Shown here: piece after piece, positions 52,546 through 64,000 of the stretch
Numbering within the stretch: position 1 is the first letter of the stretch
Layout of the letters: each line of letters starts with the position of its first letter
DNA from: Vermamoeba vermiformis
Lineage: Eukaryota
Reading direction: 5' to 3'
Assembly: GCA_045837725.1 (NCBI GenBank)
Contig: JBEWZL010000038.1
Location: forward strand, 62,001 to 126,000
Length of the DNA: 64,000 nucleotides
Program-made: the position numbers and the translations under genes
The notes under the pieces: model-generated
Databases searched by the model: none
What the model saw: only the letters and a program-made list of their open reading frames with translations
Told to the model about the DNA's origin: nothing

Positions 52546-52796
52546 TACAGCAAAACATCAATAAAACCTTGAAGGTGGATCTAAAGATTAACTCGAGATC
52601 TAAATCTAGCCCGTTCAGAATAGCAGTAAATAGTATTTTAATATGCTCGTTGTGTATTATAGTTAACGTCTTGCATTTTTTAATGACGTTACAGAATCGC
52701 TTTTTTCGCTTACGTCACGCGGTCTTTTTTGACAACAAAACAGAATTTCGCCCGAGTGACTCGTCATTGTTTTCATCAACGTAGTAAATCAGCACA

Positions 52797-53952
52797 ATGA
52801 AGCAAATTAAAGTGCCATTACGATACATTAGAACAGTCCTATACTCGTTGCTGTTAGTATCACGAATTCAACTCTCATCTGGATGGCTCTTTATTGCTAA
52901 TTCCGATCAAGAACCAATTAATAATGCCAAGCCTTCACCTTATTATAGAGGCACAGTGACTGAGGACGGAGTAACTTACGAATACGAATATGCTAACGGT
53001 AAGTTGATGTGGACCAACTCGTTTTCCCACAGCTTTTTATGCATCAAAATAAGACCATTAATTATCCTATTTTTTTACTATTTTTTTATTGATTTAATCG
53101 TTGACGAAAGCGACAAAATCTTGAATGACGTCACCGCTAGATCTTTTCTTATTTTATCAAAAAATTAGGCAAAGAAGTGCTCCACGTGCTGGGCAAATTG
53201 CCCGCAAATTTTGACCAAGAAAAGGTCATGGGAACATTTAGGACTAACCTCGGTGTCGATGGATCAACCCCTAAAAACGGAGTTCAGGTCAGCTTTTTAA
53301 CAACAAATACTTATTATCGATAACTAATAGTATTATTATAGAGCCAATCGATTTTTGATAGTTTCAGCGCTTATTTGAGCGATGTTAAGCACTCGCTGTA
53401 CAATAATTTGTCACCATCAAGCGAGATCGACGAACAAATCGCTACAGCCCGCGAAGAATTAATCGAAATTGACGACGAATTAAGTCGCGTATTAACTCAA
53501 CAATTGGTGCTAAGAAAACGCCAAGCAGATCTCGGTATTTATATCGAACGGACTCTAAAAGCGAAGGTACGTGGATCCGTTACAAATTATTCGTATGACT
53601 CGACTATAACGCTACTATATATTATATAGGCTGAAGATAGAAATCCTACGGTTGAAGAGCTCGTATTGACGGAAGATGATCGGCTCACATTGGTCGAACA
53701 TCGTTTGAAGCGCATGAAAGAGAAGCTGCTCAAACAAAAAGAACAAATTGAAAACTTTTTGAAATACCACGGTACGTGCCACAACGGCGGCTACTACTAG
53801 TAATTTTAATACTAACGTATTATCTGTTAATAGAGAATGATCAAGCCAGGTCGAATGAGCACCCTCCCGAGCGTCACATTTTCACGCACGATTATGAACC
53901 TGCTTTGTCTGTGCGCGTAATTGCAAACGATGAGACTAACAACAAACAATAA
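52797..53952 (+). CDS. Hypothetical secreted/signal-anchored coiled-coil protein
   Basis: N-terminal hydrophobic segment, five in-frame exons, heptad-rich C-terminal half. Confidence 0.55.
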
Positions 53953-54126
53953 TAGAACAATATACTTATAATGTAATATACAAATGACCTTGTAATAAAT
54001 TTGTAAATAATCTCGATCCAAAAAAAATCTCTTTCTCTACATACAATTCGGTTTTATTATTATCCACAAGAATGAATATTTAAATATATTAGCTTATATT
54101 ACGTGCAATAATCGCTGTTAATGCTA

Positions 54127-55127
54127 TTACAGTGCTTTCAACACTTCTTGTTCGCGCTTTCTTCGTGCTTCCATTTCAGGCTTTCGTGCCTCAGTCAAGC
54201 TAGCACTGCAGATCAAATACATTAATAACGATAATACGCTTCGTATTGCACATAAATATACGTACATAATCTCGTTGCCTTGTTGCTTATTGTAAATTTC
54301 ACGGTTTCTCAATTTTACGGCGTAAGATCCAGTGAGACCATCGAAGTAGTGAGTCAAAGCTGCACCGACTGTGAACAATGCGCCGCAGAATATGGCGACG
54401 TTGGGCTTGTTGACTAGAATCATAATAAGTCATATGCAAATGATAAATAAGCGACTATAAGCCGCGTCAATGCGTACCAGCCACGCCCAAGAAAACACCG
54501 CTGGCAAGACCGCCAAAAGCAGGGGCCAAAGAGCTGTTTCTGTCCTTCAAAAACATGTCTCGGCTGATGCCTGTAATAGTTTGATATGTGCCTGCTGCAC
54601 CACCCAAAAGAAGACCCATTCTGTCGTGAAATTGGTGAGATCGAGCAGATGTGACAGTGCAATCATATCAATAAAAGCAAAATAATTGATTTTACGTGTA
54701 TTTTTATGCAAATAATATTTTTCAACGTTTAATTGTGATGAGGTAATTACAATAATACGGATTTGATAAAATAATTCCAAAATCTATTGTAACACCTTCA
54801 ATAATTGAAATAAAAATGCAAATAATTATCTTAATATTATAATACGACAATAATTGAATTTTTGAAGGTGTAATTATTGTCTAGAATAATTATTTTAATT
54901 GTCAAAATTTTTGGCTGTCGATCTTACCTTGTGGCTGAATACAGAATAGCTTTGTTCGTGCTCCAGTTTCTGCCCTTAAGCACGGCATCAATATTCCAAA
55001 ATCCAACGGCCAGACCAGTGAAAACACCAACAAAACCACCCATAGCAGTGGCGCTAATGATCCTGAATCCGCCTGAAGCTGGTTCGGCAATATGTTTTTC
55101 AGATTGTGTTAAGACAATATCACCCAT
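54127..55127 (-). CDS. Tim17/Tim22/Tim23-family protein (possibly complex I subunit NDUFA11/B14.7)
   Basis: Gly-rich TMs GGFVGVFTG, GLLLGGAAGTY, and DRNSSLAPAFGGLASGVFLG. Confidence 0.65.
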
Positions 55128-55599
55128 TGTTGTGGATTATACGTTGAAAATAAGGCACGACAAAAAGTGGAGTTTGATATTTTATTTTAATGCCCGATCG
55201 CAGCACAACGAACCACGTCTACAATTCTCACAATGTATTGTATTATATTATGGACTCAGGCGTTGATTTCGAGCTTCATACGGGTTGTCGAAAGAAGAGC
55301 TTTGCTTCGTTAAAACCCATTACACGACAGCTACAAATCTGATGCATTACTGGCAAGTACAGCACACGTTCAATATAATTAAAATATTACAGTAATTTAA
55401 ATTTTATATTTTACGCGATTTGAACCACTGGCGATTTATTAGCAACCGTAATTAAATGGAAGACAGCAATATTTTTACCATAATGATGAATAATAATCGA
55501 CTCATAATTATGTTACAAATTCGTAGTGCGGGCATTTATTTACATTGGCTAATGTTACATAGGATCTGGTTGATCTCCAGTCAATATTGACTGATTAAA

Positions 55600-57218
55600 T
55601 TAATTGTTGTTCCTTCGTGCTTTCAAATAATCGTTCGATGCCTTCATAAGCACTTCATATACGTAGAAAATAGCAGCATTAGAAGGAAAACTTCGAATTA
55701 AATTCGGTCCAAGTCCTCGCGCAAAAACAGATGGGCCTTCTGTCTTGTACAAATGTTTGCATGCCTTCCAAAATCCCTTATACTCGCTATTATTCGACGA
55801 TCGTGCTTGCATTCGCGTTTTAACTGAATTTCTGCCGTTAAATACGCATTTCTCTCAAGTATTAGTCTGATACGTACCGACATCTGGTGGATGCGCAAAA
55901 CCCCATGACATCATACCTGTATAATATCATATGAGTACCTCAATATGATTAGCACAAATAATAGTTATCGTACCAGCTAGTCCTCCTGCGGTGATCTGAC
56001 GCCACGGAGATAATTCACCGTCTTTATTGGCTAGTGCTTGCCTAAAATATTCATACGAACCAAAATATATTCCTAATATCATCAGTCATTAGTTTTTTTT
56101 CCTATAATCGCTGGCGATAACACTCAAAAGCTTCGTACCAAAACCAGGTACATCCCGGATCAACGTGGCGGAAAGGCCGCTGTTATATTATTAGAATTTG
56201 CTGAAACCTATTAATTATTACTTACTTAAATATGCCTCGCAGTCCCGATGAGCGCCATACTTTCTTTGTACAGTCGATCGGACCTTTGTACATCCGTCCT
56301 TCTTTCGTAGCTTCAGTTTGTACTTGCAACTTTACTTTAATCAACTCAATAGGCGATATTATCAGAGCAGCAGCGAGCTATATAATTATAAACCTATTAG
56401 AATACAAACAAAACTGTTTTGGATCAAACGTACTCCCGTGCCAAGCCCAGCAATGAAAGTTTGACCAGTCGTTAACGGTTTCTCGGCATCTTTTTGAATT
56501 ATCCTCTAGATCATAGTATTAATCGGAATATCCGTTGAGCTTGATGGAATTGGATTCGTTACCTGCATAATTCCGTAACTTCCAAAGACGATGCAAGTAA
56601 TCAATGCTTCGCCAGCAATAGGAGATGAGATGCCTATAAATTAATAAGATGTTTTATAGTATTGTTGGTCATTTTACCTTTAAATAGTCCGGCGATCTGA
56701 TCGACCGAAAATTAGTACAATTTTTCAATTATTTTTTCCATACTTACGCCTTCTCGCCGGATCGTCTGTTTAGTGCAATCGATAGCACCCTTATATTTTG
56801 GATTTTTAGCATCTTGCGATTGAAGGCGAACCTAATTACGCAGGTGAGATCTCCAACTGATCCACGAGATCCGCTTACCTTAACTACAAGAAAGTTAGAG
56901 GCATATGAAAAGTGTGTCCTCACTTACCAGTATCAAATGGATGGCCTACTACAACACCAGCTATGCCAGCAATCGTTCCGGCAAAGAAATCGATTAATAA
57001 ATTTTCTGATCGACGTGCATCTGCTTTTACGCCTTCAGCTGCGAATAAAATACATAAGTATGCGTATTGTGGGAATTATTTGACGATTTTGGCGAATTTC
57101 TGATCTTATAAATCGTGTTCAACGAAAAGACCAACGATCTGATCTACCGAACTGCAAAATAATTACCTATGCCGAGGGAGTGCTCCGAAGAGCCATGCGC
57201 TATGTTGTTATTACTCAT
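55600..57218 (-). CDS. Mitochondrial carrier (SLC25; carnitine/basic amino-acid carrier-like)
   Basis: Three signatures HPFDTVKVRLQ, SPIELIKVKLQ and HPPDVVKTRMQ; RDVPGFGIYFGSYE; RSFPSNAA. Includes a 5-nt exon. Confidence 0.92.
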
Positions 57219-57391
57219 TTTAGCTTGCTATACAAGCTGTGCTTTTCGGTAGCTATCTCCGTGCACAAAATTACAAATGCGGCAAGGCAAGAAAAAAATT
57301 GGATCGGTTCCATTTCACTACAAAATTTCACAATTAGCAACAAAGAATAGAATCCTAGTCCTCAATAACATACCTAATTAATTGGAATATA

Positions 57392-59337
57392 ATGGACGAA
57401 ACTATGAACGCCATTCTCGCGACGTTGAAATCTAGTCCATTCAAGTTCGTGTTTATTACTTCTAGAGGCTCTAAAGTATCGTCGCTATTACAAGGTAAGT
57501 ATTTCATACGAACAATAGATTATCGCACGTAAATTATTTAAGATCGAGCTTCTAGAAACAAAGCGGAAAGAAAATCTATTTTTTACTTCCGCTTTTACAA
57601 AAAATTAAATAATAAATATTTAAATATTGACATACTGGAATTGTCGTTTAATCAAGTTCACCGGGTGACTTTTAGACATTGAATAATTTAAATTTTAACC
57701 AGGTAAAGCCCTCGAAACCATTATTCCAGGGTGTAAAAGTAAGTTCTATAATGAATATATAATACGCATATTAAATGACACTATTGCTTACCTTTAAAAG
57801 CCTCCCTACATAGTCTACTAGGTGCATCCAACACTTCCCTGGCACACGCAGAAGCCACAAAGCAAGTATTATCGCACAAACAATACTAATATGGTGCTAA
57901 TATGTATGTTGTACTATTAGTGTGATTGCAGGTCGCGCGTTGACACGTGCCAAATTATTAATGGGGCCAACTGAAAAATATCAAAATTTATTCGGCGTTG
58001 TACGTACACATTTCAACCTTATATTAATTATTATAATCGTTAGTATGAATATTTAGTATTAACTATTATTTTATAGGCGTGCGTAACGCAACGTTGCTTT
58101 GGTGAGGAAAGTCGATCCACGAACAAAGCCTTCATTTCTACCTGGGTCAGTCTTAATATCAACAATAATAGCCATATTATTTTATTAATTTATTTCTTTA
58201 TTTAGAGCTCTTCAAAATTAGTTTCAACAAAAATAGAATATTCGAACAGATCAGATCACGATGAAAATGATCTTCTAACACGAGCCTTGCTAAATAATAT
58301 ATCACGTGCTTGTAATATATCACATGATAAGTTAAATCTGTCGCTGGACAGCACTGCAAATGAAAACCAAGAAACAACAGAAATCAATTATCTTGGCGCA
58401 GCAGAACGATTGATAGAAAAACAGACTACGTACTTTAAGGTACTATAGTAATTTATAATAGACTCAAATCTTATCAAATTTATTACCGCAAAAGCCAGAT
58501 CTACTCCACCTTACAAATGAAAAATTAAGGCATAATGTTAACCTTCTGATTGCTTTTACTACAGATCAGCAAAGAAGGTGATTTAATCGAATCAAATGAA
58601 CCCGATCTCAAGCCGCAAGTGATCGTATCAGGCTCGTTCAATCCTGTGCACTTGGGCCACGTCAAATTGTTGGATGCGTCGATGAGGACATTGCAAGCGA
58701 AGCACGGTGCATATGAACTGAGTGCTTTTAACGCTGACAAGCCACCATTGACTATTGACGTCATATTGGAACGTGCTGCTCAATTTGCAGGTACTATTTT
58801 AATGCAGATCTGTAGATCTCAAACTTAACCCTAAGTTCCCTCGTGTTAATAGGTCTAGGCGATATTTACATAACTAATGCACCTACATTCGTCATGAAAG
58901 CGAAATTTCTTCACAATGCTACATTTGCAGTCGGCTACGTAAGTATTTGTTGTTTCTGCTTGCCCTTAAGTTACACTCTATATTTAGGACACTGCTATTC
59001 GAATTGTAAACTCCAAGGTATATTAATAGTCATGTACCCGAGACCTTTAACTAATATCACCAATCTTTAGTATTATAACAATAGCGACGCTGAGCGTGAC
59101 ACAGCTCTCGAAGGCATGCAGCACAATGGGTGTGGATTTATCGTGGGAGGAAGAACTATTGACGGAAAATTTCATTACATTGACTCTAAGGACATTAATA
59201 TCCCCGCACACTTGATGAAATTGTTTGATTCAATTCCTGAAAATATTTTTCGAGAAGATATTTCAAGCACGGAATTACGACAGTTGGGTCAGATCGGCTA
59301 CGTGCCGCTTGAATTTCATCGTATTGACGCTAAATAA
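57392..59337 (+). CDS. HxGH nucleotidyltransferase (NMNAT/cytidylyltransferase-like) with N-terminal extension
   Basis: SGSFNPVHLGH, YELSAFNADKPPL, APTFVMKA, FAVGYDTAIRIV, FREDISSTELR. One GC-AG intron at 57862-57920. Confidence 0.8.
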
Positions 59338-59471
59338 AGTGGTACTACCTGATGGAATCACTTTTACTACAAGATTTTATAATATTTTTTCCCTATGTAA
59401 TTTCGTTTGAAATTTGCTTGTAATTTAGATAAGTGTCACTTATTTTTACCTGCTCTGAAGATACAGCAGAC

Positions 59472-60994
59472 ATGGATAGTAAAACATGTAACAATGCGTT
59501 CTATCCCAATCCGTGCGATGTGCAGGCCTACATGATGAGCAGCTTGACAAAGAAGCAGATCCAAACGCAAGAAATGTTTCTTTGGGTGCTGACTTTTGCT
59601 GTATTTTTTGCCGTCATGTTTCTGTCATTTATGGTCACTCATTTGAAGAATGCGCGAATCAAAAAGGCTAAGCAGAATCTCGCAATGCTGGATGTCAACC
59701 CCGGAATAACAATTTACAAAAATCCAGACGGCGCTAAATTAGTGCAAAAGAAGAAGAAGAACCCTCCTGGAGGCGCAGCAACTGTAGTAATATTATTTGG
59801 AATATTGGTGCTTGTCAGTTATGTTTTGGCAACTGAGTTCGATCAGCCCGGAGAACTCGGCTTTCAACGCAAATTATACAAAGGATTCGATGGAAAAATA
59901 ACGTTCAGATCAACTGCATACGATATCGATAGCAAGGGCTTGAATCCACAGACCAATCACAACCTGGATCTCGGTTTAATAATCAACCAAGAGTCAGCAC
60001 CAACGGAGCTCTATTTTGTGGCTTCTAATGACGGTCCCTGTGTGCCTCAAGTAAAAAAATGCGAAAATAATGCTCGAGATCCATATATAGCGACCAGCTA
60101 TGACTTCTGGAATACACCAACAACAGTGGATGTGACTTTGTGCGGAAAGCTGCCGGCCAATAGAGCCAACAACAGCTTCTCATTCTTCATGCTAAGCAAC
60201 GCAGTCGGAAACGGAGGATTTCGAGCCTCAGCTGTTGTGTTCGACGAAGCTTTAACCAGATGGGAAACGACGAGCGCTGTGGACGTGTTTCCCCGCTTCG
60301 AGGTTAGCGTAACAGCAGTGACAGCATATCGACTATCAGTATTCTTAGCGGAGTATATCGTTGCGCCTCCAAAATTACACAAAGTACGAGTGGACAGTAT
60401 CGTTACAAAAGAAGGAATAACATCGAACGCCTGTCCCAATCCAATCGCCCAATTTACCATAACAGGTAATTAATTAAAATACGTCACTTTTGAGTGCCAA
60501 GTCTTAATTTGCCCATTTTAGGCAATCTTTGGGAGATCAATGGAGTGTACATCGCAGGACTGAGTACGGTCGTAGTATCAGCTATTGGTGCTGCAGGTAC
60601 TTTATTCAGCATTCGAACGACGATCAAATCCGTATTCGAGTACATTCACAAGGCCTACAACTCTTCAATTCGTAAAAGAAGAGCGCTCGTTATAACTGGC
60701 TACTCGATCCAAACACTTTTCGGTGCCTTTGCGCCTGTCGCTGTATTCCTCGGCATCGAATTCTTGCGATACTTTGTTCAGCTTACAGAGCAGATGATCT
60801 ACAGTCTGTTTGCAGGCTTCGCATTCGCATTCATCATTTGGATCTATTGGATCTTTTCAACGGTGGTATTCGCAAGGAATATTAGAGAACTGAACAAAGA
60901 GACAAAATTGCATAATAACGGCATCGATATCATTAATGACAGCGGTTCAAATGAAGAGGCAAATGTAAATTATGTAAAACTAGACTCAGAATAA
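59472..60994 (+). CDS. Unknown multi-pass membrane protein (about 5 TM, large Cys-containing luminal loop); may be fused to the upstream gene
   Basis: Long ORFs 59433-60473 and 60494-60994 are joined by a GTAATT...TTTTAG intron. Hydrophobic segments present. Confidence 0.65.
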
Positions 60995-61082
60995 AGAGTC
61001 GTTGTATTAAAGCCAGATCTGCTTTATTCATTAGCTGGGTACGCTAGGTTACACTTATTATATAACTGTTATGTTATTTTAC

Positions 61083-63412
61083 TTAAGGGAGTTGCAAGAC
61101 AATCTTGGCCAATTCAGCTAAAAGTTCAATGTTAGTACCCAAAGCTAAATTCGTTTAGAGTGACTTACAATAGACAGGAGAACCGAGACCAGAAGCAGGA
61201 TCCCAACCCTTAGCAGCGTCTATAACAATACGTCAATATACGACCAGGTTTGATGACACGGGCGTTACTTACTGAAACCGTTGGTACCGCATCCAGGGTT
61301 AGAGCCCTTGGTGATGTCAGTGAAGCCAGTAGGGTAGTTCTTGGCAATGTGATAGAGCAAGGGGTTCAAGTAGCCGAGAGGGTTCTTGCCGTTTTGCAAA
61401 CGAACGTCGTTGAGCATAGCAATGACACCGGAGAACACGGGGGCAGCGCAAGAAGTACCAGCAACGCCGGGCATAGGAATGAAGTCTTGGACAATTACGT
61501 AGTTGGCGCTCAAGGCGGAGACGTCAGGGTAAGCACGACCAGTGGCGTTCCACTTCTTGGCAGAGGGCAAGTTACCCCTAAACAGACGCTCGTGAGCACG
61601 ACGAAGCGAAATAAAATGTAGGCTGTACTCACTTCATGTTGGAGATGTATTGGTTAACCTCATTGATTTGCCAAGCAGGGCGGTCAAAGAAGTTAGAGAA
61701 ACCACCACCAGAGAGACCGTTGACAATTTCTTCACCAGTCTGCAATTGCAACAAGTTAGATCTGAGGACAAAAACTTGGCTTAGTTGTTGTGTCTTACCT
61801 CGAACCAACCATCGAGAGTGGTGCCACCGACGGCAGTGACGTAAGGAGAGACGCAAGGGAAGTCTAATGATGGATGGTGAGTAAAGCTATCGTGCTCAAG
61901 TCAGATCCGCGCAACACTTACCAGGGACGAAAGCAGAGCAGCCAAAGTCGTCACCACCAACACCGCTGTCACCGCTAGCGAACAAAACAGAGATACCACG
62001 GAGGGCTGTGAGGGAATTGTTAGGTCTGAGCACTTGACAGGTGTCAAAAGTGTCACGTTACCTTGCTTTTGGAACTCAGTGTTGACACGATAGGCGTATT
62101 GAGAGGTCAACTCGTCTTCGTCTTCACCATAGCTGACTGAGAAGACCAAGGGGACCTTAGAGACCTTGTCGACTTGCAACATCCACTTGAGGAAGGCGTC
62201 TTCGTTGGGATCAGTGGGATCCTTGACGGACCAGAAAGTAGTGGGAACTTGGTTACCAACACTCATAATGTATTGAATGTCCAAGCTGGCTTCAGTACCA
62301 GCACCCCAGCCGTCATAACCGACGACGGAAGGAGTGTTGCCGAGGTTACCACGATCGAACAACAAAAAGAATTCGTCGAGATCGGCGTTGGAGTAGTATT
62401 GGCTCAAGAACTGCACGCAAGATTGGCTGTTGTTCTTCGATTGGCTGGCGGCACTGCCAAGGCTGTAACGGTCACGCAAGACACCAGGAGTAACTTGCAA
62501 GCTTTGGAAAGTAGTGCGCTTGTCGTGGGTAACAACGGAACGGATCTTGGGGAAGTGAAGCACGTTACCAATCAACTCGACGTGCTCTATCATAAGTACG
62601 TTAGAACCACCTTATGAATAATAAAGGTGCATCTGACACGTACCAGCAATCTCTTCAGGGACGGTGTAAAGAGATCCAGCGCGGTGGATAGTCTCGCCGC
62701 TGCGAGCATGTTCGTAACGGTAGATGTCAACCTCCAACAATTGTTCGACGGCCTCGACATTGGCATTAGCAATAATCCAGTCCTGTTAAAAAATATGAGT
62801 CTTTTGCTCGTTCATGGAGTCAGATCCTTAGTTTGGCAGCTTCAAGGTATGACAGCGGCGTCAAAAAATGAACTGCACGCTTACGTTTTGAACAGTCCAT
62901 GAAGTGATGCCGTTCTTAGCCAACCAAGAGGTAACGGTGGCGACAGCAACGGGATGTGGCTTCATCAAACGAGTGATAGCTTCGTGAGTCCACCATTCTA
63001 TAAATCAATATATTAATTATTAATCGGTTGCAAAATATGCAAAATATCGGTGCGGCAGACAACTCCATGTCCATTTTAATGACGATCCGAAAAAAAATTC
63101 AGGTTTACCCAAATACAAATCATACTTACGAGAGTACTTGGGTGAGGTAGGATCAGAGACAACATCGAGGACGCTAGTCAAAGTATTGCGGGCTTGCTCA
63201 GAGTGGCGAAGAGCAATGAACAGATTGTGTTTGTCGTTGGCAGGAGCACGAGAAACGATGCGCCAAGCAGCGGGTGTGTGAGGAGCAGCGCGTGAGGCAC
63301 GGTGCAAAGGTGAGTGAGAAGCAAGAGGTGTTTCAAGCGTGCGGCGAGCGGCCAAAGCACTGACCACGATCGCAGCAACGCACAAGAACAGGACGAGGCT
63401 TGCGCGAGACAT
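61083..63412 (-). CDS. TPP1: Tripeptidyl-peptidase I / sedolisin (S53)
   Basis: Signal peptide, VSDPTSPKY prodomain, EASLDIQYI, SVSYGEDE, FASGDSG, RAYPDVSA, GTSCAAP, GWDPASGLGSP. Confidence 0.93.
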
Positions 63413-64000
63413 TCTGGCAAATTAATAAGTAAGCTAAAATCAAGGATTTTTTAAGTTACATTCAATAAGGGGACCCATTAATAAACAAAAACAATTTGAT
63501 TATGATTGGATCGTTGATAAATAACTGCCATAATCGATATAAATTATTAAATATATCCACTAATTTAATTTGATAACAATAAATTATAAAATTATTGTTA
63601 AATGCATAAATGACACAACGAAAATCTTTTGGCGCGATCAACCGGTAGATAGATGCCGCTTCATGATTACATTGAATTTTTATCTTATTCTAATAATACC
63701 CATTGTGTTCTTACCTTAGTTGATGTGAATGATAATGAGGACGTTCTGTCCTGATTTTATTGCGCTCAAGAAATATCGCAAGACTTTTCGCCTGTCAAAC
63801 TCCCGTCATTGCGTTGAGCTATCTGTAGTCATGACTTAAAACACTAATGACTATTTTATATGTATCACTTATTTGATGAGGTGGCAAGCGGTTCGTAGAA
63901 AATTCGCTAAACACGTCACCATAATATCCCCAATTTTTGACAACCCCATTGTGATTAATTATCGATATGGAACCCACACACGAGCTGCATTTTGACGATT

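Noticed and set aside
564..63420. Many 60-150 aa ORFs in the supplied track antisense to or overlapping real genes
   Set aside because: Shadow ORFs of codon-biased exons or intron read-through, with no independent motifs.
1..64000. Alternative genetic code, CRISPR array or prokaryotic operons
   Set aside because: TAA, TAG and TGA all terminate conserved genes, the genes are intron-rich, and there is no regularly spaced repeat array.

Overview
Gene-dense, AT-rich eukaryotic nuclear DNA with many short (mostly ~50-70 nt) GT-AG introns and the standard genetic code. It looks like an amoebozoan-type protist, but the species cannot be named from sequence alone. By manual splicing I reconstruct about 27 protein genes and one intronic tRNA-Pro(AGG). 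In order: PUB/RanBP2-zinc-finger protein, two LRR proteins, CASTOR/GATS-like ACT amino-acid sensor, three P450 paralogs with an F-box/LRR gene between them, half-size ABCB transporter, kexin/furin-like protease, small hypothetical gene, MAD1, RING protein, F-box protein, ankyrin protein, truncated SAM+P-loop (Crinkler-like) gene, C39-like peptidase, HGD, TARBP1/Trm3, acyl-CoA oxidase, CHO2-like PE methyltransferase, two F-box proteins, secreted coiled-coil protein, Tim17-family protein, mitochondrial carrier, HxGH nucleotidyltransferase, multi-pass membrane protein, TPP1. Main oddities: (1) about 10 single-base +1 frameshifts and no -1, including in MAD1, TARBP1 and ABCB. Most read as two alternative wobble bases side by side, so a heterozygous-consensus artefact is more likely than recoding. 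(2) A 315-bp GC-rich insertion with an 11-bp flanking duplication in P450 copy 2. (3) Clustered GATC motifs in introns. (4) A possible spliced fusion of the nucleotidyltransferase with the membrane protein. (5) A ~35-bp repeat at the Crinkler-like truncation point. No CRISPR, rRNA or intact transposase was seen. All calls come from motif recognition; no database search was run.
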